DNA of 64,000 bases, taken from assembly GCA_028534125.1 (NCBI GenBank), contig CM052818.1, positions 44,394,001 to 44,458,000 on the forward strand. Reading direction: 5' to 3'. Of the stretch, positions 12,308-24,678 are shown piece after piece. The notes beneath the pieces are model-generated. The model was not told where the DNA came from. It was given only the letters and a program-made list of their open reading frames with translations, and searched no databases. The stretch is from Lama glama (Eukaryota). The translations under genes were made by a program, and so were the position numbers. Every line of letters starts with the position of its first letter. The stretch's first letter is position 1.

Positions 12308-12484
12308 CACAAGGTCCCACTCTATAGCACAGGAACTATAGTCAATACATTGTAATGGCCTATAATGGAAAAGAATAAGAAAAAGGAAAAAAATACATAT
12401 ATATGTATATAACTGAATCACTATGCTATACACCAGAAATTAACACAACATTGTAAATCAACTATACTTCAGTTAAAAAAAAAA
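12308..12484 (+). mobile_element. Young 5'-truncated L1 3'UTR insertion with a 16-bp TSD
   Basis: TSD aagaagtgttctaaac 12292-12307 and aagaagtgttctgaac 12485-12500 (1 mismatch); TT|AAGA endonuclease site; poly-A tail; body ctatagcacaggaactata...actgaatcactatgct...actatacttc. Confidence 0.92.
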
Positions 12485-13019
12485 AAGAAGTGTTCTGAAC
12501 TTCAGGGAGATTAAAGTTCATTTGTATGCTAAGGCGGTGAGCATGTTTCTTAGAGTCATATCACAAGTGCTATTCATCCCAGCCACTACCACCAAACTGC
12601 ACTACTCTCTGCTGTCTCTCATCAGACGGAGTCTCGTGGGCAAGTGTTAACTCGTTGCTGAGATGGAATGACTGGCATTCTCGACCGAGCAAAGCAGAGA
12701 ATACAGACAAAGACATCAGATCAGTCATTGGATTCCAGGTCAGACGCCTTACATCTTTGCTCAGGCAAGTTCATGTTAGCTCAGACCAAGAATCCACTAG
12801 TGGGAGAAGTAGTGTCTATTTTTGAAACTGGTTTGTGATGGAGGTGAGAGAAATCACTCAAAAGATCCAATAAGTTGGATTTTAAAATCCAGTAAAACAT
12901 CTGCATTTAGTCCCAACTCACAGTCTACAATCATCTTTTGTTTTCAGTCAAGTCCTTATATAGCATCTTGACTACATTAACAAGGGCTACAAAACTTGTA
13001 AAAACCAACCCTGCAAAAA

Positions 13020-14478
13020 AACAAAAAAACGAAAACAATCCCTGCAGAAAGATGGAGAAGCAGTACTCTCCCAATGGTGTTCTAGAAAACAGTTTGGCAA
13101 AATACAGCAAAGGTCTTTAAAACACTCATCATTTTTGATTTAATAATTGCACTTCTTATAGTCCATTCTTAGGAAACAATTTGTAAATGCAAATAAATAT
13201 GTTTCTTACAGTGTCTGCATAGATGATGACACAACTGGAATCAGTGAATGTTCCCAAAATGAATAACCAATAAATATTTATTGTGCAGCTACTTGGTACA
13301 GATACTATTCCAGGCAGCTCTTCCTCAGTAAAAGGAGGGCAGGAAAAAGGATGGACACAGCTGGCCTGGGACAGGTGAGGGTAGTGGAGGCAGCTTGGGA
13401 AGTTTTCTTCAGGTTGCTGAAGTAATTTGTGATAGAGCCCACCAATTAAATACTCCATAACGCCTAAAAGCCATATTCATAAAAAATTTCAGGGGGAGGG
13501 AAAAGGGCTTAGAATATCATATCCCATGAAAAAGCATCATGCATACTTGTGCGTGTGTGTGTGTCTTGTGTTGTGAGTATCTGCAGATCTCAAGTGTTTG
13601 GGATGAAATGCACCAGTGTCTGTAACTAACTAGGAAATGTATAAGAAAACAGACAGACTGATCAACAGAGGGACAGACAGACAGCGATGTGCTAAAGCAA
13701 ATATAGGAAAACAATGATAGAATCTCAATGGCAACTATATGGGTGTTCACCATACAATTCTTTCAACTTTTATGTATGTTTGAAAGTTTTTTGTTGATTT
13801 GTTTTATTGAAGTATAGTTGATTTATAATGTTGTGCTAGTTTCTGGTGGACAGCATAGTGATTCAGTTACACACACATATATATATTCTTTCTCATTATA
13901 GGTTATTACAAGCTATTGCATATAGTTCTCTGTGCTATACAATAGCACCTTGTTTATCTATTCGGTGTACAGTAGTCTTTACATGCTAATCCCGAACTCC
14001 TACTTTATCCCTCCCCCACCTTTCCCCTTTGGTAACCATTTCTTTCCTATGTCTGTTTCTGTTTTGTAAGTAGGTTTATTTGTATCATATCCTAGATTCC
14101 ACATGTAAATGATATCATATGATATTTATCTTTCTCTTTCTGACTTGCTTCACTTAGTTTGATTATCTCCAGGTCCATCCATGTTGCTGCAAATGGCATT
14201 ATTTCATTCTTTTTACGGCTGAGTAGTATTCCATTGTGTGAAATACTACTTATTTATCCAATCATTCAAAAGTCCACAAAGGATAAATGCTGGAGAGGGT
14301 GTGGAGAAAACGGAACCCTCCTACACTGTTGGTGGGAATACATTTTGGTGCAGCCACTATGGAAAACAGTATGGAGATTCCTTAAAGAACTAAAAATAGA
14401 GTTACCATATGATCCAGCAATCCCACTCCTGGGCATATGTCCAGAAAGTTTTTATAATATAAAATTAAGGAAAAACAC
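13020..14478 (+). mobile_element. Ancient L1 (L1ME-like) 3' region, split by the insertion at 13792-14443
   Basis: tctagaaaacagtttggcaaaa...; the terminal motif gggtgttcaccatacaattctttcaacttttatgtatgtttgaaagttttt|ataatataaaa rejoins across the insertion. Confidence 0.75.
13792..14443 (-). mobile_element. L1 insertion with a 5' inversion (twin priming): 3' end on - (13792-14260), ORF2 C-terminal piece on + (14261-14443)
   Basis: TSD gaaagttttt at 13782-13791 and 14444-14453; the + segment translates [51 protein letters not shown] (ORF2p Cys-rich domain). Confidence 0.92.
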
Positions 14479-14929
14479 ATTTTTATGTCCATATTCACAC
14501 AAACATGTACAAGTACCAAAATGTTCAAAGTAGTCACCTTTCAGTGGTGACAACAAGAGTGATTTTTTTTTAATTTTGTCTTATACATTTATATGTATTA
14601 CCCACTCCATGAGGCCCCGGCCCCAACAGGTGAGTGAGAATTTAGTCTCCCTGAAGTGGTCCCCACTTGCTTCCAGGGGCCACCCTGACTGTACCCTATG
14701 ATAAACTCCTCTGTTTCTTCTCCCGCACCTTTGTTGGTGTGTGCCCCCTGTAGTAGCTCGCTCTGTGATAACCCCACCTTCCTGGGTGCAGGTGGCCTCT
14801 TCTATCTGGAACTGCTCCTGCCACCTCCTCTACTCAAGGGGAAGGACATCACTCAGCTTTCCCAGTTCTGCCTACACACTCCCTGAGGCAATAGCCCGTC
14901 CTCTGCTCTCCACGGCGCCTCTACAGCAC

Positions 14930-15505
14930 CTGCACTCAAATCTCAGCTCCAACACCTACCAGTTGTGGGACCCTCAGCTAATTGCTTACCCTCTCTGGGC
15001 TTTAATTTCCTAAACTGCAAAACTGTGAAAATATCAGTCCCTAGCTCATAACGTTATTATAAGAACAAAATGAGTTCACATCTAGTATTCAGAAAAGTAC
15101 CTGAAACCCGTAAGTTTGTTTTCTATGTCTGTGAGTCTGTTCCTTTTCTGGAAGTAAGTTCACTTGTGTCATTTTTTTAGATTCCACATATAAGTGATAC
15201 CATGTGACATTTGTCTTTCTCTGTCAAGGGGAAAGGGGGAGGAGGGATAAATTAGGAGTTTGAGATTAACAGATACTAACTACGATATATAAATAGATAA
15301 ACGAGGTCCTACTGTATAGCACAGGGAACTATAGTCAATAGCTTGTAATACCTATAATAAAAAAATGTGTGTGTGTGTATATATATATAACTGAATCACC
15401 ATGCTGTACACCAGAAACTAACACAACATTGTCAATCAACTATACTGCAATTAAAAAACAAAAGAACAAACAGAACAGTATCTGGGATGTAATGGGCGCT
15501 ATGCC
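14930..15505 (+). mobile_element. MIR, interrupted by L1 at 15104-15470
   Basis: ctcaaatctcagctccaacacctaccagttgtgggacc...aatttcctaaactgcaaaa...aaatgagtt...agaacagtatctgggatgtaatgggcgct. Confidence 0.75.
15104..15470 (+). mobile_element. L1 insertion with a 5' inversion (twin priming): inverted 15104-15224, sense 15225-15470
   Basis: TSD cagaaaagtacctg 15090-15103 and cagaacagtatctg 15471-15484 (2 mismatches); antisense taagtttgttttctatgtctgtgagtctg joined to sense aaggggaaagggggaggagggataaattagg...; A-rich tail. Confidence 0.9.
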
Positions 15506-16944
15506 AGTATATCATTATTATTGTCAATATCATTACCATTACTAGTATTACCACCATATCTATTACTACCACTTATAAAACATGAGTAAGGCTTATCTCC
15601 TGAGTCTTCCTTTCTTGCTCCAAGATTTACATCTTCTGGGGATAATGGAAGACTGGGACATTCACTCAGTGGCAAACCCCCCCTCTGTCCACCAGAGTTC
15701 AGTCTCATCTCAAAGCCTTCAAAAGACAACCCTAAGGAGTCTGACACGGATGTTTTTCTCAAAGGCTCTGCTAGTCAGTCTTATCATGGTCATCATGCTA
15801 AATGTATTTTCCAAATTTGATGTAATAAATAGGTGCTACTTTCATAATGAAAAGAAGATGGTGGCTGTGAGCGTTCTTAATAATTGCTATTAAGAGTCTG
15901 CAGGAGTCTATGGGGTGCCACAGAAATCAAACAGACTCCTATCGCAAAGTCTGTACGTAGTCACTGGTTATCCTCAAGGTGTCTGTACAGCTGTTTGCAA
16001 GGCTGCACTCGGACGTTCCAATCCCTTCTAGGAAACAGTTGTCAGAAGTCGTAGATGCTGTTTTTCTGAGATATAAAAACAATAGCAATTTGCTATTTTT
16101 ATCAATTCCATCTTTGCTGGGCCTATCATAGCCAATAATTTGAACTAGGGTAAAAATAAGAGATTACTTTTGTATTCAAAGTTCATATGGTCGAAATCCT
16201 AACCTTTGCCAAAAAAAATTATTTTAAATAGAAAAGAATCGTTTGTTTCTGGCACAGGAATGTCATTCAAACCCTTAAATTCAAAATAACTTACACTTTT
16301 CCAAGCTCCACTTATTTTTCCAAATAAACAAAGGTATCTTTTTCTAAATTGTTTCCACCCAACTTTTGAAACATGCCCACTAAATTTCTCAAATATGACA
16401 TGTTTTATGTGTTTTCCAGGTGTTAAGAAATGCCAGGAAACCAACCTAGGGAGTAAAAAGAATTCATAGATCTGGTTGGTGAGAGAGAATAAATAATGAC
16501 CCTTCTACCTTCCAGCAAATGTAAAACTCTTTATAATTCTTCAGGTACCAGTTTAATAGCCATCAAAGCTGTCTTATTTGGTTATTTCAGAAATTCAGCT
16601 TGCATGTGTGAGCAACAAATTGCATTTATCTTTGTGAATATACAAATGAGTGCATTATTTGACTCAATCAGTGGCTCACCTGTCAGTAGAGGAGACATTT
16701 TGGAATAAAACAAAAAGCCTGGTATTGTGAGAGCTGGAAAAGTCCCAGAGGATCATTTTATCAAAACCCAGAGAGGTGATGAGCTCCCTCAAGTTCACAC
16801 AGCAAGCTGGTCCAGTGGGGGCTGCCATCTTGGCCTCCCCTCCCCGACAGCAGGACCTCTGTACTGCACTGGGCAGTTAGAATGCAACCACTGAGAGAAG
16901 AAATGCCTATGAATTCCTTTTCCCTACCCTGCATCCTTATGGAA

Positions 16945-17170
16945 TATAATGTGGTGAAGTGAGAAGAGCGCAGGCTTTGGAACCAGATCTACCTAGGTCC
17001 AAATCCAATGCTACCAGTTCCTGCAAACCCCGAATAACACTGAGGGTTTCTTTATCTTATGGTGAGACTGTGAGAACAGAGAGATGAGTACCTCATATAC
17101 AAGGTTCTCGGTGGTAGTCAGGATGATGATTATCTGTCTATAGCTGAATACATCAACTAGATATTTGTTA
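16945..17170 (+). mobile_element. MIR fragment
   Basis: gtggtgaagtgagaagagcgcaggctttggaaccagatctacctaggtccaaatcc...agtacctcata. Confidence 0.75.
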
Positions 17171-17285
17171 AATATATTAGACATACAAGACATATACATT
17201 TGACATATAGAGATATAATATATATAACCTAGTATATGTGTGTATGTATATATAGATGTGTGTGTGTACAGATATAGATATATGT
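17170..17285. repeat. (TA)n/(TG)n low-complexity repeat
   Basis: atatagagatataatatatataac...tatatgtgtgtatgtatatatagatgtgtgtgtgtaca. Confidence 0.8.
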
Positions 17286-18089
17286 TACTAATGCCTAAAA
17301 TTCCTATTTTTGAATGAGTGAAGGAATAAATACTTACTTGTTCTGAGAAACATTTAAGCTATGGGATACCTTGATTACATCTTCTCCCTCCAGAGATTAA
17401 CAGCTATATTTTATGAAAATTCACTCTAAAATTATATTCTTTGCTAAAAGCAAGCTCCATTGTGTCAAGACTCCAAGTAATGGCTGGAGCGTGTCCTATT
17501 TAGGATGCCGTGTCCATGTATGAAGTTTCACACCCATTAGATTTACATCTTCAGAGAAGCAAAAATAAATGATGTGAGTCTGTGACTGTATCCCAAGCAG
17601 ATGACTGAACACTTTACTTTCTTGGATCTCACTAGGGCAGCCCCTAGAAGTCTTTCTTGAAACACAAACCTTATGTTCCCTTTTTGTCTTTAGGTTTTAT
17701 TTTTCTAAGAAAAAGGTAAGAGCCTGGGACCAAATATCCATTCTGTAAAACCACTTTTTCAGGGACAACTTTTTAAGACCAAAGAAGATCTCAGAGCATG
17801 GCCCGCCACCCTCTTTCCTGGTTTTTCCCGCTGGTCAGCTGGACATCACGGGCATTAGCCACCAACACTGCCACTCTGGCATGGTTTGGCACTTTTCAGG
17901 GCAAACCATCCCATCCCTGAGGCTGTTCTTATCATTAGAAAACTTCTTCCCAAAGACTCCCACCAATGTTTACGCTCTGAAGTTGCACAGGCTGGATAAA
18001 CTCTCTAAACCAGCTCTTGAAACATTGGAAAACACTGCCAAGCTCTTCCTACAACCTGCGCACCCTAGTTAAGTACCCCCCAGTTCCTC

Positions 18090-18355
18090 TAGTCACTCTT
18101 CCTATGAGAGACCTCGGCTAGACTGAGAACACCTGGAGATCCGCTTGGTACAGTCACATAATGGCATCTTGAATACAGCAGAAGCTCAATAAATATTTGT
18201 CAAACAGATAGATGAATAATTAAATGGTTTTCGAAAACTTCTAATGTATTCATTTACTCAACAAACAGGCATAGAGGGCTAATAACATTCTTGTATAAGC
18301 AAAAGGGATCCAAAGTTAAGTAAGAAACAGTCTGTGCTCCCAAAGAATCCATGAC
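18090..18355. mobile_element. Two tail-to-tail L2 3' ends (+ then -)
   Basis: gaagctcaataaatatttgtcaaacagatagatgaat, then tattcatttactcaacaaacaggcatagaggg. Confidence 0.65.
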
Positions 18356-18369
18356 TTTCAAAAACATCC

Positions 18370-18661
18370 AAAACAGAAACAGACTCACAGACATAGAAAA
18401 CAAACTTATAGTTACCAGAGGGTAAGGGGGTGGGAAGGGTTAAACTGGGAGTTCAAGATTTGCAGATACTAACTAATATATATAAAATAGATAACCAATA
18501 AGTTTCTACTGTAGAGCACAGGGAACTATATTCAATATCTTATAGTAACTTACGGTGAAAAAGAATATGAAAGTGAATATATGTATGTTCACATATGACT
18601 GAAGCACGGAAATTGACACAACATTGTAAACGGACTATATTTCAATAAAAATATATATACA
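18370..18661 (+). mobile_element. Young 5'-truncated L1 3' insertion
   Basis: aaaacagaaacagactcacagacatagaaaacaaacttatagttaccagaggg...gcacagggaactatattcaatatc...ttcaataaaa; TSD aaaaacatcc 18360-18369 and aaaaacagcc 18662-18671. Confidence 0.9.
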
Positions 18662-19899
18662 AAAAACAGCCTCTGTAAATGACTGTTATGGGTCAACATG
18701 CAGTATGTGCTCTAACACAACGTACAAAGTGTAGAGATGTCCTTGAGGGTCTCGAGGGAGGAGCAGCACTTGCTCGAGCAGCAACAGGGAAACCCACGCC
18801 CAAGCGACCGGCGTGGGTAAACCCCCAGTGATGATCTGTCTGGGTTAATGTAGCACATTTCCTATTCCTCTATAGCCCCACAACTGAACACTATACTCCA
18901 GTCAGAGCTTTGGCCGTGCAAGTCACAAGGAAAACAGCATCTCTCTTAAAAAGTCGTAATTCTTCTAAGAGTGCATTTTACTTTTAGATTTACTTTTTTG
19001 GTAGCCATGTCTCATGACTGGTTTCTAGGGAGGGCATAGTCACCTCAAACCACTGAAACATTTATTGCAATAACTACTCTTTGCTAAGCCCCACGCCTGC
19101 CAAGTTGCATTGGTACAACGGACTAATTTTTCACTTTCCTCAAATATAGAAATTTCCCACTATTACATTTCGTTTCATTCCTCCGAACTCTCACTCCAGC
19201 CACCACCACTGAACTATTACAGTGTCAGACCCTTCCTTGCTGAAGAATACAGAACAGAGTATTGAGATTCTGCACTATATGATCAGGAAATTTGGGAGAA
19301 AGTAAAAGTTGGAATTTTGGTGAGGCCAGCATTCCAAAAGCAGCTGTCATTTCTGACCTTTCCCTGTTACACTGGAATCTAATCAATGTCAACGTTATTT
19401 CTGTCGTAGGGAAGAAAGCCACCGAGGTGTGATGGCTGCGTCCCTGCATCCCTGGAAGGCTCCCAATTTCTAATATTCTGTCTCCTTCATTGTATAAATC
19501 AGCAAAATGTCCTAGAAATTACAGCACCTTACTGTCTATATTTACTGCATCGCCCACTGTCTGTCTCATAAATGTTCCCTGTGTCCTTTGTTAGATAATT
19601 CATCCCCAATTTTCTCTGAAAAGATTAATAAAGAAGATTTGAATGATTCCATGAGAAGTCCTCTAAAGTGCCAGTGAGACTCGGAGCTAAAAGTGAACTA
19701 GAAATCTTGGCATGCTGCATTCCAGCCCTTCACCCTCCAAGAGTTTGCGAGGTAAAATGGGCCAAGCCATCTGAGACTTCCTTCTCCACTGCAAAATATG
19801 CCTAAAGCTTCTTATTCCATTTCTAAATGGTTTTTGGGGGGGGGCGGGTGGAGGAGGGAAGAGAGGAGGAGATGGGAAACAATATTATCTCTTTTCTAT

Positions 19900-20240
19900 A
19901 TCACAGCCTTTTATACACATAAGCCCATTTAATACTTATAATTTTGAGGGGAATCTGAGCACCCCTCTTTTATAGATAAAGAATAATGAAGCTTAAAGGA
20001 TTTTAGTACCTTCTCCCAACAGCGTACAGAGCCCAGGTCTGCTAGGCCTTGAAGCCCTTACTCTTTCCATGTACTACATATTTGATAACTAGGAAAAATC
20101 TAAACTTGGAAAAGAATCTTGGTGGATAGCTCATCCAGTTTGTTTTTCAGATGAATCAACAGAGGCTCAGAAAGGACCAGAGACATTGGCAACGTGCTGG
20201 AGTTAACTAATGGCAGAACCGGAACCCAGGTCTCCTGAAA
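19900..20240 (-). mobile_element. Two MIR fragments
   Basis: cttttatagataaagaataatgaagcttaaagg; tttttcagatgaatcaacagaggctcagaaagg...ggcagaaccggaacccaggtctcctga. Confidence 0.7.
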
Positions 20241-21229
20241 CCCCACCCCGTTTCCTTCCTCCAGCACCATCCTCGGGGGACGACTCAGTGGGAAGGATTG
20301 CTGAATCAAGGTTCACCTAGACCCCAAGGCCAAGCGGAAAAAAGGTGCTATTAATTGCAGAATACTACTTCAAGACGGTAGCAAAGTGACGTGAGGGCAA
20401 AGATTTGCAAATAATCTAATGTCAGATATAAAAAGTAAAGAGAGAGATATTGACAAGGTGACAGATAAAAGGTGTCTGAATTAAACTATGCACAAAAAGC
20501 AGAAGTCAATGTGGTGGGCAAGCTTGGAGGAGTCTCGTGGAATCCCTTTCCCTGAATTCTATCTGAAAACTCCCTGAACCAGAAAACCAGTACCATGACT
20601 GCCTGATAAGATGGTTAAATGGACAGTTTGGGGTGGGAAAAAAATGAGGTCACCCTGAAGAATTCTATCTGATGTGCAATATCGTGAACCAGAGGTTAAT
20701 TTTCTGGAGTTTTTTTTAAGATAATTAATCTCTTCCGTATGGTAATTGGCAATAAAAAATAGCTCCTTCTATAAAACCACCTAAAGAGAAAATACATAAC
20801 AGAAGAATTATCAAAAAAAAAACTGTTCAAGAAAAAATACACAAGTGACAAAAGCAAGTTCCTTACCAATGATGGAAATATTTGAAGACGGAAAAATTCC
20901 AAGAAATATTTTCCTTCTGTAAGTTGAACAAAGTGGGAGAATCTGGAGGTGGTGCTCTATAAAAGAGTATGCTTTTTATTTAAATGCATTTTCAAAATGT
21001 AGGATGCTGATGGAAATGCTACTTATAATTAATCAGCAAATAAGACTTTAGAAAATAAGACTAGCCCTTGGAGTCAGGCTACTTTTGCAGCAGGATATTT
21101 GCCTCTAATGTGATCATTGGTAGTTAAAGTTACTGGATTCTGTTTGTTCCCGAGGAGCCAAGAGGCATTTATATTCTCTTCTCTCCAAAAGTAAACCACA
21201 ATCAAAACTAGGTTGCAGATGCTGTTTGA

Positions 21230-21400
21230 AAATAATGACTAACATCTGCACAGCCCCGTTACGGTTTAAAGAGCAGATTCACATCTATTATCTCATTTGA
21301 TGCACATGAAAATTTGTGAGGCAGATATTATTTCCCCATCAAGGCTCAGAGTTTGAAGGACTCGGCTAAGGATACACAATGGCTGAGTGACAGACCTCAG
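21230..21400 (-). mobile_element. MIR fragment
   Basis: ttcacatctattatctcatttgatgcacatgaaaatttgtgaggcagatattatttccccat. Confidence 0.75.
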
Positions 21401-22671
21401 GCTCCTTTTCCGTTCCCTGCATGCTGCCCACCCAGTACACCATCAACCCGGACTACAACTGCCCTCAAAACACCTGTGAGTTCCGAATCTCCTGGAATCC
21501 AGTTAACAAGGATCTGCAATGGTCTGCTTTTGTGTATTTGTTTTTGGCGGAGGAGGGGGGCAGTTTGAGGGAGCACTTACTTTGAAGATGGAAAAGATGA
21601 ACGGACAAATATCATTCTGCACATTAAGGGAACTCCTTTGCTTGGTGTACAGCTATTCTGATCTGCACTTTTCTGGATAATCTTTTGTTGTTCAAATAGG
21701 AATCTAAAGTCAAGATAATTGTCAAAATACAAAAATCAGTTTTGTTCAATGTAGTGTTTCATTACTGTGTGAATTCGGCTGCAAGATTTTTAAATACTTA
21801 CAATTTTTTAAAAAAGTGAACAAAGAAAGAATTTCTGGTTAAGCAGAAAAGCAAATTAATGAGAAATGCCATTCACGAACTAGTGTCATCACTGCACAAA
21901 GATGCTCTTTGAGTCTATGGACAAATATTGGCAGGATTCTTTTTCACCCTTTCACTTATTTCTCATCTTCAGGACTGAGAACTACAGCCAGAAAGTGAGA
22001 TGTCCATTAGGAATTTTGGGTCATTTTTTTCAAACGTATTTGTACTTAATGCTGGAGTCTGGGCATGTCAAACCTGGAATTGAAAGAAAAAAAGATCCCT
22101 CTGTCAGTATGGTTATTTAGAGTGTTCATGGGGAGAGAGAGGAGAGGGCAGGAATTTCTCCAAAGGGGAGGCTCCTTGGTCCTGCAATTCCTCTTGGTGA
22201 AGGACAGCTAGTTTAGGATAGTTTGGTTCCAGGTAATCTCTGAAAGCAAGCCTTCAAGTAGGAGTCCTGAAGTCTGTAATAGAGATCAAATGTAATGAGA
22301 GGAAACTTTGTTGGAATCCAAAGCAGACTTTTCCTTCCAAGAGTTTCTGCACTTAAAATCACAGTATAATTTTGTTTACAAAGAAAGAAAGATATTCTGA
22401 CTCAAATAAAACAGATTTGATATATGATCCTCAGAAGCAAATATTCCCCCAGGCTATTAAGGCAATAAACTTGAGAGAAAGTGATTTTTACATGGAAAAA
22501 AAAAACTCCGAGATGAAGGAACATATAATTAAAGTTGGATCTAGGCAATATCAACTTTGAAACAACAAAATCAGTCAAATAACCAAGATTTATCTTCTTA
22601 ATGCCAACAAAATGCGCCTCCCACATACACACAGCCCCATCCCACTAAATTATTTAATTGATGTTGGTGGC

Positions 22672-23046
22672 CATATTAGATTGCTCGGGCCACCATAACT
22701 AATTATCACAGACTGAATGGCTTAAACAATAGAAATTTATTTTGTCACAGGTCTGGAGGCTTAAAGTCCAAGAGCAAGGTGTTGGCAGGTCTGGTTTCTT
22801 CTGAGGCCGCTCTCCTTGACTTCTCACTGTTTCCTTACACAGTCACCCCTCAGTCTCTGTGTCTGTGTCTAATCTCCTCTTCTTATAAAGACCCTGGTTC
22901 TACTGGATTAAACCCATTACAGAACCTCATTTTACTTTAATTACCTCTTTAAAGGCACTATCCCCAAATGCAGCCCTATTCTGAGGTCCTGGGAGGACTA
23001 GGACTTCAACATGTGAATTTGGGGGGACACATTCAGCCCATTAACA
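22672..23046 (-). mobile_element. MLT1 (MLT1B-like) MaLR LTR; 3' LTR of the element at 22672-24678
   Basis: catattagattgctcgggccaccataac...ggcttaaacaatagaaatttatt...ctggaggc...ttacctctttaaagg...ggacttcaacatgtgaatttggggggacacattcagcccattaaca. Confidence 0.92.
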
Positions 23047-24292
23047 TTTCACCCTCTAGTCCCACATGTTCTTTTCACATAACAAAAATACATTCGCCCC
23101 ATCCCAACAGGCCCCCTCCAAAGTCTTAATCCACTCCAAGTTCAAAATCTCATCTAAATATAAATATAAATCATGTATGGGTAAGACCTAAGGTAGGATG
23201 CATCCTGAGGCAAATTTCCTCTCCAGCTGTGAATCTGTGAAACCAGACATGTAATCTGCTTCCAGAATACAACAGTAGGGCAAGCAGAGCATAGACAATT
23301 CCCATCCCGGATGGGAAAAGTCAGGAAGAAGAAAGGGGTGGCAGGTACCAAGCAAGTCTGAAAACTAGCAAGGCAAATTCCATTAGATTTTAGGCTTGAG
23401 AATAACCCTCTTTGGCTCCATTCTCATTCTCTGCATCTACCGGAAGGCAGCCCTTCCCCAAGGCCCTGGGCACCAGTTCCACACCATAAAACCAAGGGGG
23501 AAGCAGCCCCAACACCCACCCCCAGGCCTACGTCCTCTAAGCCTGTGATGGCAGCCCTGCTCTGAACTGCCTTCTGGGCCTTTGGAGAAACATGTTCACA
23601 GCCAGGTAACTCTATTGATCCACCCTGTAAAGTCTCAAAAGTCCAACAGCCTTCCTTCATTTTGTCCTGTCTCTCTCCCGTCTCCCCACTTCAGTCCAAG
23701 CTGGCATCAATTCTCTTGAAATGGTTAATTGAACTCATGAGTCACACCTGTGGTTTCTTTATAATCAAATGATTGTCCAGCAACACCCTTGATGGTCTCT
23801 CCAAATCATGCTTTCTTGTTTTCTGCAATACTGATAGGCTGAGAATTTCCAAATCTTACAGTTCTGGTTCCTTTTGGCTTAACAATTCCTTCTTTAGTTC
23901 ATCTCTCACCTCTCACATTTTACTACAAGCGGTCAGGGGAAACATAGCAGTACCTCCAACACTTTGCTTAGAGATCTCCTCAGCTAAACATCCAAGTTAA
24001 TCATGGACAAGTCCTCCCTTGCAAAAAACACTGGAACACAACTCGGCCAAGGTCTCTGTCCCTTTATTATAAGGATTACCATTCTTCAGTTTCCAATAAC
24101 GTGTTCCTCATTTCCATCTGTGACCTCCCCAGAAGCACGATATTTCTATGAATAGTCCCTTCAAGGCAGTCTTGGCTTTCCTGACATCACCTCAAAACTC
24201 TTCCAGCCTCTCCCCATTACCCAGTTCAAAAGCCACCCTCACATGGGTAGGTATTTGTTACAGCAGCACCTCCACTTTCCAGCACCAAAATC
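23047..24292 (-). mobile_element. MaLR internal region (MLT1-int type), decayed
   Basis: On - it begins gattttggtgctggaaagtggaggtgctgctgtaacaaatacc...gtggcttttgaactgggtaatgggg (typical MaLR-int 5' end) and ends with a purine tract ggactagagggtgaaa next to the MLT1 LTR. Confidence 0.88.
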
Positions 24293-24678
24293 TGTTATCA
24301 GTCAGGGTTCCCCAGAGAGACAGAACCGACAGTTTTAAGGAGCTGACTCCCACATATGACTGTGGAGGCTGACAAGCCCACAGTCTGCAGGCGAGGCTGG
24401 CAGGCTGGGGACCCAGAAGAGAGCTGCAGCTTGAGTCTGAGATGCGGTCTGCTGGCAGGCTTCCCTCTTCTTTCGGGGATGTCAGTCTTTTCATAAGAGG
24501 CCTTCAAATGATTGGATGAGGCCCACCACATTATTAAAGGTGCTCTGCTTTACTCAAAGTCTATTGATGCACTAACCTCATCTAAAAACTATCCTCACAG
24601 GGTCATCTAGAATAATGTTTAACTAAATATCTAAATGTTGTGGCCTAGCCAAGTGGACACATAAAATTAACCCTCACA
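24293..24678 (-). mobile_element. MLT2 (MLT2C/D-like, ERVL) LTR in the 5' LTR position of the MaLR element
   Basis: tgttatcagtcagggttcccagagagacagaacc...gattggatgaggcccacc...ctgctttactcaaagtc...gtggcctagccaagtggacacataaaattaaccctcaca. Confidence 0.92.

Noticed and set aside
12626..12738. Possible 113-nt + strand exon (ctctcatcag ... CAG|gtcaga)
   Set aside because: The donor is weak, the open-frame peptide (GVSWASVNSLLRWNDWHSRPSK...) is not recognisable, and there is no supported partner exon.
14159..14533. 124-aa ORF with a Cys/His motif
   Set aside because: It is antisense L1 text fused to the L1 ORF2 C-terminus across the inversion junction, not a host gene.
18828..18890. GTGATGA...CTGA resembling a C/D-box snoRNA
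   Set aside because: No terminal stem, no clear C'/D' boxes and no recognisable rRNA/snRNA guide.
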